A stretch of 64,000 nt of DNA from a virus: IMG/VR virus record IMGVR_UViG_3300037883_000122, positions 1 to 64,000 of that record; one strand, written 5' to 3'. The position numbers and the translations under genes are program-made. The notes under the pieces are model-generated. The model was not told the origin of the DNA. It searched no databases and worked only from the letters and a program-made list of their open reading frames with translations. Below are positions 1-10,095 of the stretch, one piece after another; position 1 is the stretch's first letter; every line of letters starts with the position of its first letter.

Positions 1-1910
1 ATCGAGGCGACCATTTCGCGCGACCAGTTCATGATGTCGTTCGAGCGGGTGCTGATGTTCGGCACGCCATTCGTATCGAGGAACACGTTCCAGATCGTGC
101 AAGGATACTTCTGACCCAGTCGTGCAGTCCGAGCCCGAGCCTGCTTGTACTCGTGATCCCGGAAGGGCGAGTTCATGAAGACCGAGGTCGAAGCCATGAT
201 CAGCGGCACAGCGGTCGACAAAGAATCGAACGTTGCCACAAGCGGGTTCAAGTCTTCGTCCTTGGCGAAGCGATCGATGATCGACTTCAGGTCCTTGTTG
301 GTGTCACCGTAGACGAGTAGCGGCTGGTAGCCTTCTTCCTGCAGATACTGGTCACAGCGTTTCACCACTTGCACGTACGACGTGAAGATCACCGTCTTCG
401 ACAGCGAGGCGTCGATCAGCTTAGGCAGACCCACGTACGGCACCATGTCGACGTGACACTGTGCGCGCAGCTTACCCAGCACGCGGCCGAGTGCCTCACC
501 CTGCACCTTCAGGTCCACGTACTTCACCACGGACCGTGCATCCAGGAACGCCACTTTCAGCTCCCGTGGAAGCGTCGGCGCGATTCTGGACTTCTCGTAG
601 TGATTACACCACGCCACCATGTCCTTCATGGTCTTCGGGTCGTAGCCTTGACGAATCGTCGAGATATAACCCTGGTACTTCTTGAAGGCGATGACGTCTT
701 GGCCACCATGCAAGGTCTTCTGGAAGATGCTGAGCGCGTAGAAGTACGTCTTCTCGAACTCCTTGAAGTTCGCCTTGTAGAACGCCATGCGCTCTTCAAT
801 GAACTTACGCATCACGTCCTTGACGTTATCCAACGTGTAAGCTTCCCCGTTGGGCATCTTGATGTCCAGGCGCGGCTCAGCAGGCTCCATGTCCTTGACT
901 GCATCCACCTTGTACATCATCAGACCCAGGCGGTTACGCAGGATGTCGTTCGCCCGGCTCGAGTTCTTACCGAAGATTTCCTGGAAGCGCATGCGGGCAT
1001 CTTCGTCGAAGTCATCACACAGCACCGTGAGAATCGGAATCGCTTCGTTGCCGATCGCTTTAAGCGGTGTGCCCGACATCGGCAGTGTGTGCTGGCAGTT
1101 AATCGTACGGCACAGATCGATCCACAGCCCGGTACGCAGGCTCCCCAGGTCATTCAGGTTGTGGGATTCATCCACGACGATGAACGGCTTACGCATGCCG
1201 TTCTTGTTAGCCTTGAGGAACTCGGTTGCCCGCGCCAGTTGTTCGTAATGGAACACGTAGTGCTTGTAGCCCCACACGAGTGGCTTGTTCGAGGTCGAGG
1301 TCCAGAACGTGTGATCCTGCGGCTTCTTGAAGATGGTACTGAGCGTCTTGCTCCAGACTTCATCAACCGAGTTCTTCGGCACGATGTAGATCTGCACATC
1401 CGCATTCAGTGTCACGCCCAGTGCGATCGAGTTGATCGTCTTACCCGAGCCCGGTGACGCTGCCAAGACGTAGCCCTTCAGGCGCATCCTGGGAACCATC
1501 TTGTTGTAGATCTCCAGGAACGTCTGTTGGTGCGGCAGTAGCGTCAGGTTCAGCTGGTTCAGCGCACCAAAGTCGAGAATCTCGTGATGCTCGTCACTGA
1601 TCGTGTCTTTCAACCAGGTATTCTCGTACATCAGGTCGATGACCTTTTGCAGTGCCCGGTTGTTGTAGTTGCGGCTACGCTGTGCCAGGATCGTCTTCAG
1701 TGTGTAGGCGATGTCCGGGGCAAAGAACGGGTTGAATGCCACGCTCGACTTGTTCATTTGCGTGAACATGAAGTTCGTGATCTTGCTTGTCGACCAGATC
1801 TTCACGATGTCGCGCGCCACCACGTCGGCAGGCAAGCCTTCGACATGGATGAGCTTGGCGTCTTGGGTAACATCGATCTTGCCGATCAGACGCTTCAGGC
1901 CTGAAAACAT
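1..1910 (-). CDS. Superfamily 2 (SNF2/DEAD-like) helicase, 3' end beyond window
   Basis: Not in the ORF track because it runs off the window. Read manually from ATG at 1910 (MFSGLKRLIGK...). Shows motif I AASPGSGKT, motif II IVVDESHN, motif III MSGTP and motif VI-like QARARTARLGQ. Confidence 0.85.
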   Translation of the reverse strand, partial: MFSGLKRLIGKIDVTQDAKLIHVEGLPADVVARDIVKIWSTSKITNFMFTQMNKSSVAFNPFFAPDIAYTLKTILAQRSRNYNNRALQKVIDLMYENTWLKDTISDEHHEILDFGALNQLNLTLLPHQQTFLEIYNKMVPRMRLKGYVLAASPGSGKTINSIALGVTLNADVQIYIVPKNSVDEVWSKTLSTIFKKPQDHTFWTSTSNKPLVWGYKHYVFHYEQLARATEFLKANKNGMRKPFIVVDESHNLNDLGSLRTGLWIDLCRTINCQHTLPMSGTPLKAIGNEAIPILTVLCDDFDEDARMRFQEIFGKNSSRANDILRNRLGLMMYKVDAVKDMEPAEPRLDIKMPNGEAYTLDNVKDVMRKFIEERMAFYKANFKEFEKTYFYALSIFQKTLHGGQDVIAFKKYQGYISTIRQGYDPKTMKDMVAWCNHYEKSRIAPTLPRELKVAFLDARSVVKYVDLKVQGEALGRVLGKLRAQCHVDMVPYVGLPKLIDASLSKTVIFTSYVQVVKRCDQYLQEEGYQPLLVYGDTNKDLKSIIDRFAKDEDLNPLVATFDSLSTAVPLIMASTSVFMNSPFRDHEYKQARARTARLGQKYPCTIWNVFLDTNGVPNISTRSNDIMNWSREMVAS

Positions 1911-1981
1911 GGGGTCCTCTGCGATTTATTAGTAAGGGCCAAAATTGGATTCATAACTATTTCGGCGCTTTGTTTTGTAAT

Positions 1982-2023
1982 ACGGCATAAAGGCCAGCAA
2001 CACCTGGGTTGGTCAGACCCAGG
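1982..2023 (-). terminator. Hairpin with TTTATGCCGT foot, downstream of dnaB
   Basis: CCTGGGT-loop-ACCCAGG stem; ACGGCATAAA at 1982 reads TTTATGCCGT on the minus strand. Confidence 0.55.
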
Positions 2024-2056
2024 CGTCACCGGCAGGCACTACAGGGGAACGGGAAA

Positions 2057-3610
2057 TTACAGTTGAAGAGGATCGTCAAGTGCTGCGAACCACGGCGTTT
2101 CGTCAGTACTGCCAATCGGACCACCACCAACCTTACGGCGAGTCGTGTCCGGACCATTGACGTCGTCCAGGATGCCCCCAATCGGTTGGAAAGGTAGCAC
2201 GCAATACTGGTCGACCAACGGTGTCTGTCCCACAATCCGGTGCTTACCGCGCTGCACCGTCAACCATGACTGACCATTGACGATTTCGATGTGGATGTAC
2301 AACTCCAAGTCGACTTCCTGGTCAATCTGTCGCGACCCGGCGTAGTAGCCCTTGTTCGCGATTTCCTTCACGAAGTCCATCTTGCCATCACGCACCAACT
2401 GCTTGGCTTCAGTCGAGAGCTGGTGTGGTGTGATGAACGTGATCTTGCGCGGGTTGGTGAAGTTACGCATGCGGCGGAACATGTCACGCACATCGTGACC
2501 GGCCGGACCCTGCGAGCAACCCGTGGTCGGTACCATGTAGAGGTAGTCGACGATCAGCGCATGGATTTCGTAACCATCGGCTTCGAACTCGATCAGCTTG
2601 TTGCAGATGTCCATGTACGACCACTTGGTCGGGTCCACCCGCAGCATCTCGATGTGATAGCCGTTGACGCCCATCTTCTCCTTCACGTACGCTGCGATCT
2701 CCTGCGGATCTGCACCTTCCAGTTCCTTGTCGGTCACAGCCACGCCCGTCTCGTTTTCCTTCAGAGACGTGTAGAGGAAACGCATGTTGTTGTTGATGTC
2801 GTCTTCAAACGAAATCCGCAACAGCAGAGGTTTCTTCGTGGGGTCGATCATTTCCGGCACATTGTAGAGTGCCAGGTGTTTAAAGATCGACAGCGTAAAG
2901 CCCGTCTTGTACTTGTGCTGCAGTGCGCCGATGACGACCTGCTCGCCTCGACGGAAGCCACCGCGCAGCATCCGGTTGATACCTTGCCAGCCGGTACGCA
3001 GGATCGAGTTGCCGTTGGACTCCTGCTGAATGTCCTTGAACACCTCGGCCATGCTATCGAGATTGCTGAAGGACACGTGCGAGACAATCGCTGGGTCCTT
3101 GGTCACCGCGTCTTGCTGGTACGGCTCGAGCTCTGCACAGACTTCCGCCACGAACTGTTTCATGTCCGTGATGGATTCGCGGTTGAACTTCACCGCAACG
3201 CCTGCCTTGTGCAAGATCTCCTTGACCTTTTCCTCACGGAAGTAATTCTGCAGCGTGCGCCGAATGTTCAAGCAGGTGCGCTTCAGGGAGTTCTCGACGA
3301 GATCACCCGTGACACCTTGTTCGAACGCTTCGTAAAGCGCCTGGTCTTCCCCGCAGACCACCTTCATGCGCTGCATGACCTCCATCGGCTCGTAGACGTG
3401 ATCCTGAGGTGTGTCACACATGGCCAGCGCCGTGCTCTTCAAACCAGCCAGGATTTCCGTTTCCGGGTCGAGGGTCAACTGCTGCTCTGGTAGCTTGATC
3501 GTCGACACGATGTTACGCACCAGATTCGAGGAGCGCTCCATGGTCGGCGGCAGCTGACTTTCACGATAGAGCAGGGTGATCGCGTTCACCAAAAGAAGTC
3601 GGTTATTCAT
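2057..3610 (-). CDS. dnaB: Replicative DnaB-like helicase (phiKZ gp118-like)
   Basis: LRTGWQGINRMLRGGFRRGE, divergent Walker A GALQHKYKT, LIVDYL, TPHQLS, RGKHR. Divergent from the capsid operon as in phiKZ-like phages. Start taken as ATG 3610 (MNNRLLL). Confidence 0.88.
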   Translation of the reverse strand: MNNRLLLVNAITLLYRESQLPPTMERSSNLVRNIVSTIKLPEQQLTLDPETEILAGLKSTALAMCDTPQDHVYEPMEVMQRMKVVCGEDQALYEAFEQGVTGDLVENSLKRTCLNIRRTLQNYFREEKVKEILHKAGVAVKFNRESITDMKQFVAEVCAELEPYQQDAVTKDPAIVSHVSFSNLDSMAEVFKDIQQESNGNSILRTGWQGINRMLRGGFRRGEQVVIGALQHKYKTGFTLSIFKHLALYNVPEMIDPTKKPLLLRISFEDDINNNMRFLYTSLKENETGVAVTDKELEGADPQEIAAYVKEKMGVNGYHIEMLRVDPTKWSYMDICNKLIEFEADGYEIHALIVDYLYMVPTTGCSQGPAGHDVRDMFRRMRNFTNPRKITFITPHQLSTEAKQLVRDGKMDFVKEIANKGYYAGSRQIDQEVDLELYIHIEIVNGQSWLTVQRGKHRIVGQTPLVDQYCVLPFQPIGGILDDVNGPDTTRRKVGGGPIGSTDETPWFAALDDPLQL

Positions 3611-3825
3611 TTCTGCAGCGGTTGATTGATGTTGTTCTCGAGACTTACCCCGTGCTACACACATTCATCTCTATGAAAATGATTATGTTGTGGAAGAACG
3701 ACTGATCTCGAGCAATGGATTCTTGCGTATGCCTGTTTGTTTGCAGGGCTCTTTTGGTCCCCTGTACATACTCTAGGCAAACGGCAACAAAATTAACACT
3801 GACACCCATACCGGGAGTGGATACC

Positions 3826-4395
3826 GTGGCAGAGAAGAAGATTGTGGTGATCCCCTTCTGGATCGCCGACACGGTTCATCGGAACAAGATGAGCCTGGCA
3901 GATGTGTTGGATTTCGAGAAGATCCGACGCTTCTGCTCACCGGCCGATCTGGCTGGATTTGCTGCTGTGCAGGATTGTGCTACTAATCTTGTAGGCGGTG
4001 ATACACACGCAGGGTCCTGGAGTCTATACCAGGTTTGGCATGAATCACTTCGTACGGAGGATGGAAAGAGCCTATTGGCGAACACGGTAAATCCGCTGAC
4101 ATTCGACGAATCGTTCGTCAAGGACGCGAAAGATCGCTTGTTTGGCGAAGACAGTCGAAACGAGCGCTATAGCGAACCTTTTCATTACTATGACATAGCA
4201 CCTGCCGTTGGCGCGATGGTCATTAGTCCGGGCTTCTATACAGCAATGGCGCCGGAAGAGCTTCATCTCCACACGGTGGAGGCGATTCTGAAAGCATTGT
4301 ATGTGTACGCACCGCTCGACGAGGTGGCTCGATCACCTTGGTTTCGGCGCTGGCTTGAGCTGCTTTCCAAAAAGAAAGTAGCAGTTCCGGCATAA
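3826..4395 (+). CDS. Conserved head-associated protein (phiKZ gp119-like by position)
   Basis: GTG start with GGGAG RBS, in frame with ORF 3715..4395; lies between dnaB and the major capsid gene. Confidence 0.6.
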   Translation: MAEKKIVVIPFWIADTVHRNKMSLADVLDFEKIRRFCSPADLAGFAAVQDCATNLVGGDTHAGSWSLYQVWHESLRTEDGKSLLANTVNPLTFDESFVKDAKDRLFGEDSRNERYSEPFHYYDIAPAVGAMVISPGFYTAMAPEELHLHTVEAILKALYVYAPLDEVARSPWFRRWLELLSKKKVAVPA

Positions 4396-4443
4396 GCGTC
4401 ACAAGCCCCAATAGCAACTTCGTTTAAACTCAAGGGATAGAAA

Positions 4444-6645
4444 ATGTCCAAATTGTATCAAATCGGCAACGGTGGTCAGGACGGTACGATCAACTCGCTG
4501 GTCGCCAAGGTTCAAGGTCACTTCAACCGCGGCCCCGCCGTCGACAAGACCCTCGCTTCGCGCGTCGTCGCGATGGAATCGTTCAGCGACGGCGATGTCC
4601 GTACGCAAGAACTCGACACCTCGATCAAGGGCCTGAAGGCTGCCCTCGAAGGCATCAGCTCGACGTTCGCATCGGAAATGAACCAGAACGACGGCATCGT
4701 CGCTGGCAAGCACACGGCTGCTCAGAAGCAAGCTGGTCTCGTCGCTGCGATCGTCGCAGGCGACATGAAGGGCTTCCTGTCGGCGCCGGTCAGCCGCAAG
4801 ATGTCGCTGGAAGGCTACACCTTCATCCCGGCAGTGGGCAACGGTGCGATGGACAAGCGTCAGTCGAAGGCTCTCGAAGCTTACGACGAACGCGAAACGA
4901 AGGCTGCGACCGTGTACTCGGTGGCGTACAACCTCCAGGCTGCTCGCCAGGACGAATTCGGTGAAGCGTTCTTCCCGACCGTCGTCGTGACGCCGGACCA
5001 GTACGGCTACACCGTCTCGATCCGCCTCGTGCAAGTGTACGACGAAGTTCGCCGCACCATCGACGGCGCGGTCAGCAAGAACTTCGGCAAGAAGAACATC
5101 ATCCAGGCATTGATCGACCCGACGATCCTGCGCAACGACCTGTCGAAGATCATCCCGGTCTTCCGTCCGGAAGCTGCTGCAAACTTCGTGTCGCCGACCC
5201 TGGTTCCGACGCAAACGATCGACCACGAAGGCATCTCGGTCGCGACCGGCCCGCTGGCGATCAACAAGCAGTTCTCGCTGCTCGGCATCTCGCAAACCGA
5301 CGCGCTGCTCGAAACCGGCATGCTGGATTCGACCGACGCGATCGACCCGGCTATCAAGCTGTCGGCTCTGTACCTCCAGGTCGGCACGGGCGGCTCGGCT
5401 GAAGTGATCAAGTTCAAGTCGGTGGCCAACATGCAATCGGGTACCTTCACGTACTCGGTGCAGAACAACTACCGCCTGATGTCGCTGAACTTCATCAGCA
5501 ACGCGCTGGTGATCAACAAGAACACGACGAAGGCCGACGGTACGGCTTCGACGGCTCTGGCGTCGATCGTCACGGGCAACTACGAAGTCAAGTTGTCGAT
5601 GCAAGTGTTCGGTACGGTCAACCTGGAACTGGCAGACACGCAACTGTCCGCTGGCGCTGTGTCGATCTACGAAGTGCGTGACGAAGACGGCAACCTGGTC
5701 GACACGACCACGGGTCCGGGTGCAACGATCGCGACGGCTCTGGCCAACGCGCAAGTCATCGGTTACGACCTCGACGCACGTCGCACGAACACGAACCGTC
5801 GTGAACGTGGTCAGCTGCTCGACCTGACGTTCTACAACATGGTTTACGGCGTGCCGCTCCTGTCGCCGATCACGATTCCGCGTCCGCTGACCCTGGGTGA
5901 CCAGAACGATGCGTCGGACCTGGCTGCGCTGATCACGGCAACGCACATCCGTACGTCGAACGCTGCAGTTGCGAAGCTGCTCGAGGCAGAAGGCGCGCTG
6001 AAGGAACTCGTCACCAGCAATGGCGGCCTGTACCAAGGCGATCCGGAAATCCTCGGCGTGGCACGTTTCCTCGTGACGCCGTTCTACGAGAACCAGCAGT
6101 ACAGCGCACCGGCTGTGGTGGACTCGATCAAGTCGCACGAACGTGCGGCCGACATCCAGGCTTCCCTGGTCAACCTGCTGCGCGACATGGTTTATCGCAT
6201 GTACCGCGACTCGGGCTTCAAGGCTGCTGCTGACGCGCTGGCTGGTGGCGTCGCTGCTACGCCGACCGTGATCATCGGTACCGATCCGGTCATCGCACGT
6301 TACCTGCAAGTGACGGGCGACTTCCGCACGCTGGGCAATGACTTCAACGTCAAGATCGTCTCGACGCTGAACATCAACATGCGTGGCAAGATCCGCTTCT
6401 CGTTCGGCGAGTTCGGTGAAGGCAAGGAAGGCGTGCCGAACCCGATGCACTTCGGCAACATGGCATGGAAGCCGGAACTGACGTTGATTCTCCCGCTGCA
6501 TCGCAATGGCGCGAACAGCAAGGAAATCACCGTGCAGCCTGCGTTCCTGCACGTGGTGAACCTCCCGATCATGGGCTCGATCGATGTCTCCGGCATCGAA
6601 CAAGTCGTGACCGCGAAGGTCGCAGTCAACATGCACTCGGTCTGA
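4444..6645 (+). CDS. Major capsid protein (phiKZ gp120-like)
   Basis: 733 aa with strong codon bias. Motifs QDEFGEAFFPT, RRTNTNRRERG and IGTDPVIARY as in phiKZ-like capsids. N-terminal A/S-x-E protease sites (AME, ALE, SLE, ALE145). Confidence 0.92.
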   Translation: MSKLYQIGNGGQDGTINSLVAKVQGHFNRGPAVDKTLASRVVAMESFSDGDVRTQELDTSIKGLKAALEGISSTFASEMNQNDGIVAGKHTAAQKQAGLVAAIVAGDMKGFLSAPVSRKMSLEGYTFIPAVGNGAMDKRQSKALEAYDERETKAATVYSVAYNLQAARQDEFGEAFFPTVVVTPDQYGYTVSIRLVQVYDEVRRTIDGAVSKNFGKKNIIQALIDPTILRNDLSKIIPVFRPEAAANFVSPTLVPTQTIDHEGISVATGPLAINKQFSLLGISQTDALLETGMLDSTDAIDPAIKLSALYLQVGTGGSAEVIKFKSVANMQSGTFTYSVQNNYRLMSLNFISNALVINKNTTKADGTASTALASIVTGNYEVKLSMQVFGTVNLELADTQLSAGAVSIYEVRDEDGNLVDTTTGPGATIATALANAQVIGYDLDARRTNTNRRERGQLLDLTFYNMVYGVPLLSPITIPRPLTLGDQNDASDLAALITATHIRTSNAAVAKLLEAEGALKELVTSNGGLYQGDPEILGVARFLVTPFYENQQYSAPAVVDSIKSHERAADIQASLVNLLRDMVYRMYRDSGFKAAADALAGGVAATPTVIIGTDPVIARYLQVTGDFRTLGNDFNVKIVSTLNINMRGKIRFSFGEFGEGKEGVPNPMHFGNMAWKPELTLILPLHRNGANSKEITVQPAFLHVVNLPIMGSIDVSGIEQVVTAKVAVNMHSV

Positions 6646-6734
6646 AGGACCCGCTTGGTAGAAGTAACTGACCTGGATGGATTTAACGTCTATCCAGGTT
6701 AACCCGTTGCCAAGGGTGCAGCTGTTGGGGCTGG

Positions 6735-6775
6735 GGCTCCTCCTGGGGAAACCTGGGAGGAGCCTTTTATGCCGT
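6735..6775 (+). terminator. Terminator after the capsid gene
   Basis: GGCTCCTCCTGGG-GAAA-CCTGGGAGGAGCC followed by TTTTATGCCGT. Confidence 0.8.
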
Positions 6776-6963
6776 CGGTTCAGAAGGTGAGTCGGGCCGA
6801 TCAGAATTGCTGGGAGTGAATTCTTACCTGAGTTTGCTAATGTTTTGAGGAGAACCGGCAACGGAACTTCTTGAAGTGCTTCGGTAGGACGGACGTCGCC
6901 TAACCAGCTTCGTCCGCTCCTCGGTTTATGCCGTTCTTCCGAAACGACATGTGAGAAACTGCC

Positions 6964-6999
6964 GTCATAGCGCGAGGCCTAGGCCTCGCTTTTATGCCC
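6964..6999. terminator. Palindromic hairpin with CATA/TATG feet
   Basis: GTCATAG-C-GCGAGGCCTAGGCCTCGC-TTTTATGCCC. Confidence 0.65.
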
Positions 7000-7020
7000 T
7001 TGTATCAAAAGTAGATTCAA

Positions 7021-7036
7021 ACATATATTACTAACT
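7021..7036 (+). promoter_or_regulatory. phiKZ-type early (virion RNAP) promoter, TATATTAC
   Basis: ACATATATTACTAACT. The core matches the phiKZ early consensus TATATTAC; a near-identical copy is at 52321; it precedes the nvRNAP-subunit operon. Confidence 0.75.
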
Positions 7037-7105
7037 TGCGACAGTATGAAAGAGGCAGTCAGGAAATGAAGTACCTGGCTTAACGTTAGCAGTTGGAGTC
7101 CCAGT

Positions 7106-8281
7106 ATGTCCTATTCACCACCGAACAGTCCTACGTTCTTTGGAGATGTGACGTTGGGCTCAGCAATGGGCGAGGCTTGGAGCGATCCGGTCTTCGCTAC
7201 GTGTAGGGTAAGCTTCATTAATGCGACTACGTTTGCGATCACAGTTGTTCAGCGATCCGGCCTGAAGGTGACGATTCCGCCCAAACAATCGTTCCGTAGT
7301 CGTGACTTCATCATCCGTCAAGAGTTCCAAATCGCGGCAGAAGTAAAAGAAAACGTGAGGGCGGTATTAGATGTAGTCGATGACAGCTCTCCTATAGTGT
7401 TGCAAAGACTCAAAGCAGCGCTTGCTGAGGCCGACAAAACGTTCGGGCTTTATGCCCGAGCAAATTTAATACTGGACCACCCCATCACTTTGGATCAACT
7501 GAAACAGCACGGTCAGAGCGTGTATCACCACGAATCTGATACGTTGGTGTCGATGTTAAACCCTGGGTTCGTACCGTTGCATCCGTACAGCGAACAAGGG
7601 CGCAATGCCAAGATGATGGAGGACACTCCTGTTAAGGTAGGCGGGGATAGTTTCGGCTATTGCGTGGAGATTGTCGATAACACTGGCAGGTTTGGTGATC
7701 GATTTGTCAACATTGCGAACCAGGTGTATCGGATTCGCACGAAACGAGACGTAGCACGACGCGATGGGATCTATATTGGTTCGAGTGACCCCGATGAAGG
7801 CGAGCTCTTCACCGGCAGCTATTCGGTCAACCGGATTCCATTGGACGCACCAGATCACGAGAAGTACGGCGTCTTCAAGACATTCGAAGAAGCCAAGACT
7901 CTGGGCGATCTTAGCCAAGCGCAGAAGCGGCAATTGGCTGACGTTGAGTTTGCGACCACCCATCTGAAGCGGGAGTTGGAACAGGAAAAGCTCCGTCACT
8001 CGCGAGAGATGGCGGGTGTCGAGCACGACCTCAAGCTGTCTGAAGCCAGAGCGAAGGAGGCAGAACTCATTCGGGACCGACGCGAGGCGGAACTGAAGGA
8101 GGAGCGCGCGAGAGCCGAGCATCTGTTGGCAATCGAGCGACTCAGGCTGAAGGACAAGTACGAGGAAAGGTCCCTAGATAGAAAGGACCGCAGTGAGATA
8201 GTAAAAATGTTGCCGACGATCATTGTCGGTATCGGGGCGGCCATCCCGATCATCATGAAGCTCATGAAGCCAAATAGTTGA
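7106..8281 (+). CDS. Hypothetical protein with coiled coil and C-terminal membrane anchor
   Basis: GGAG RBS; E/R/K-rich coiled-coil region followed by hydrophobic LPTIIVGIGAAIPIIM at the C-terminus. Confidence 0.75.
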   Translation: MSYSPPNSPTFFGDVTLGSAMGEAWSDPVFATCRVSFINATTFAITVVQRSGLKVTIPPKQSFRSRDFIIRQEFQIAAEVKENVRAVLDVVDDSSPIVLQRLKAALAEADKTFGLYARANLILDHPITLDQLKQHGQSVYHHESDTLVSMLNPGFVPLHPYSEQGRNAKMMEDTPVKVGGDSFGYCVEIVDNTGRFGDRFVNIANQVYRIRTKRDVARRDGIYIGSSDPDEGELFTGSYSVNRIPLDAPDHEKYGVFKTFEEAKTLGDLSQAQKRQLADVEFATTHLKRELEQEKLRHSREMAGVEHDLKLSEARAKEAELIRDRREAELKEERARAEHLLAIERLRLKDKYEERSLDRKDRSEIVKMLPTIIVGIGAAIPIIMKLMKPNS

Positions 8282-8330
8282 TTGGAGATGAGGAAGACTG
8301 TGTAGGAACTTTTAGAGTAGACCAAAGGCA

Positions 8331-10001
8331 ATGGCAGACCGTGAACTTTCTCGGCTAATTGATCTCCACACCCCCAAGCTAAACCCGGATCTCGCAAATG
8401 GACTTGCCCAAAAGCACATGCAGGATGCCGAAGGGTGGGTGAATAGCGTGTTCCGAGCGGTGGCGCAAGGGTTTCCTGATGGATTCACTTACGTAAAGGG
8501 GGAAAGATGTACACCGCAGGAAGAGTTCGACGAGGCAACTCGTAAGAAGAACAACAAGCGAATGTTCGACGTTGCCCGTTCGGACATTTACATGATGAAG
8601 TACCTCTTTCGCCATATCGATCCGAAGACCGGTAAGGTGGAAGAAATCAAACGGTATATGTATCTGCCGTTTGTGTCGGACGCAGGGGTGATCTATCTCG
8701 GCGGGTCGCGCTTTGTGATCTCGCCGATTCTGGCCGACCGAGTGATCTCGAAGGGGGAGTCCTCCATCTTCGTGAAGCTCATCCGGGCAAAGCTGACCTT
8801 CCAGCGCGAGCAGCAGCATTTCCTCGCGAACGATGTTACGGGGCGTGACTTCCGTGAGACCGTTCACGTGGCCTGGTCCTTGGTGTACAACAAGAACCAG
8901 AAGATGCAAAAGCTCAAGCCAGTGATCAAGGCGAACACGACGTTGGTCCATTACTTGCTGTGTAAGTATGGATTTGCGGAAATGTTCCAGCGCTTTGCGG
9001 GCACTGTACCGATCGTGGGAGATGCGAGCACCATCAGCGAGGCAGAGTATCCGCCAAGCGACTGGGTGATCGTGAAGACCAATACCCACACGCGCCCTGC
9101 TCGGACGTACACCCTGAAGTCCTATACGCCCACGACGATACGTCTGGCTATCCGCCGGAGTGAGTACACGCAGCAGGTCAAAAACCTGGTGTGTGGCTTC
9201 TACTATCTCGTCGATCACTTCCCCAATCGGGTGCTGCCGAAGTATATCGGTACCCTTGCGGAACCCAAGCCGCGTGAGCGTGCATTGTGGATGATCTTGA
9301 TGGGCCATCTGCTTTTCTCGAGCAACATCAACGAGGGCAAGCTCGAGGACGATATCGCTGAACACATCCGCAGTCTGGATGAGTACATCGATGAGGTGAT
9401 GAAGATCAAGTTCAAAGACATCGGCATGCCGGTGGAGGACATCTACCAGTTGTTCGGTATTGTTCTCGAGAACTTCCAAGACTGGATTCTGGCGGCTCAG
9501 GATCAGGTCTCGAGCATGTACGACAAGGAGCTGTCGGTCCTCTACTACGTGCTGGATGAAATCACCAAGCAGATCAACAAGTTCTACTTCAAGCTGAAGG
9601 CGGCTTCGAAGAAGGAACTGAACGCGAAAGAAATCACGACCATGATGAACCAGACACTCCGGACCGGTCTGGTGTATTCGATCACCAAGAAGCACGGTGA
9701 GGTTTCGACTATTTCGTGCCCCGGCGACAATAAGGCGTTCAAGACGACCGCCCAGTTGGTGCCACAAACGAGTTCCAGTCGTCAAACGGGGCGGAAGGAC
9801 AACGCGGCAATCAGTGACCCGACCAAGCAGATCCACATCTCGGTGTGTGAAGTCGGTGGCTACGCGAATCTGCCGAAAAGCGATCCTTCCGGACACGCAC
9901 GTCTGAATCCGCATTTGCATACCGATGCGAAAGGCGTGGTGTTACGCGATCCGGGACTCATTGAGTTGCTGGACCAAACGCAGCAGAAGTTGAAGCAGTA
10001 A
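8331..10001 (+). CDS. Non-virion RNA polymerase beta-like subunit (phiKZ gp123-like)
   Basis: YLPF..G.I.LGGSRF.ISPILAD and HISVCEVG...LPKSDPSG.ARLNP motifs; three genes downstream position relative to capsid conserved with phiKZ order. Confidence 0.82.
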   Translation: MADRELSRLIDLHTPKLNPDLANGLAQKHMQDAEGWVNSVFRAVAQGFPDGFTYVKGERCTPQEEFDEATRKKNNKRMFDVARSDIYMMKYLFRHIDPKTGKVEEIKRYMYLPFVSDAGVIYLGGSRFVISPILADRVISKGESSIFVKLIRAKLTFQREQQHFLANDVTGRDFRETVHVAWSLVYNKNQKMQKLKPVIKANTTLVHYLLCKYGFAEMFQRFAGTVPIVGDASTISEAEYPPSDWVIVKTNTHTRPARTYTLKSYTPTTIRLAIRRSEYTQQVKNLVCGFYYLVDHFPNRVLPKYIGTLAEPKPRERALWMILMGHLLFSSNINEGKLEDDIAEHIRSLDEYIDEVMKIKFKDIGMPVEDIYQLFGIVLENFQDWILAAQDQVSSMYDKELSVLYYVLDEITKQINKFYFKLKAASKKELNAKEITTMMNQTLRTGLVYSITKKHGEVSTISCPGDNKAFKTTAQLVPQTSSSRQTGRKDNAAISDPTKQIHISVCEVGGYANLPKSDPSGHARLNPHLHTDAKGVVLRDPGLIELLDQTQQKLKQ

Positions 10002-10095
10002 GGACCTGGCTGGGCCAGCCACTCAAAACAGCAATAATCTTTCAAACTAACCTCGCGGGGACGCTCGCGGGGGAAAAAACAAGGAATCAAACGCC

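Noticed and set aside
2895-2945. Non-canonical Walker A in DnaB (GALQHKYKT) and in UvsX (GIGNNFKS)
   Set aside because: As I recall, such divergent motifs are normal in phiKZ-like orthologues, so they do not indicate inactivation or novelty.
3665-3695. Possible TATG late promoters upstream of late genes (also near 1952, 33176 and 46335 on the minus strand)
   Set aside because: A 4-nt consensus cannot be called from sequence alone; TSS mapping is needed.
4399-6861. 820-aa antisense ORF over the capsid gene, and similar long antisense ORFs (369..1457, 2291..3493, 8379..9920, 18774..20771, 36433..37956, 61433..62932)
   Set aside because: Shadow ORFs caused by strong codon bias on the coding strand; no RBS, and V/R/H/D-rich composition with no motifs.
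6646-7105. tRNA, CRISPR array or intron in the largest intergenic gap
   Set aside because: No cloverleaf with a T-loop, no regularly spaced direct repeats, and the flanking genes are complete.
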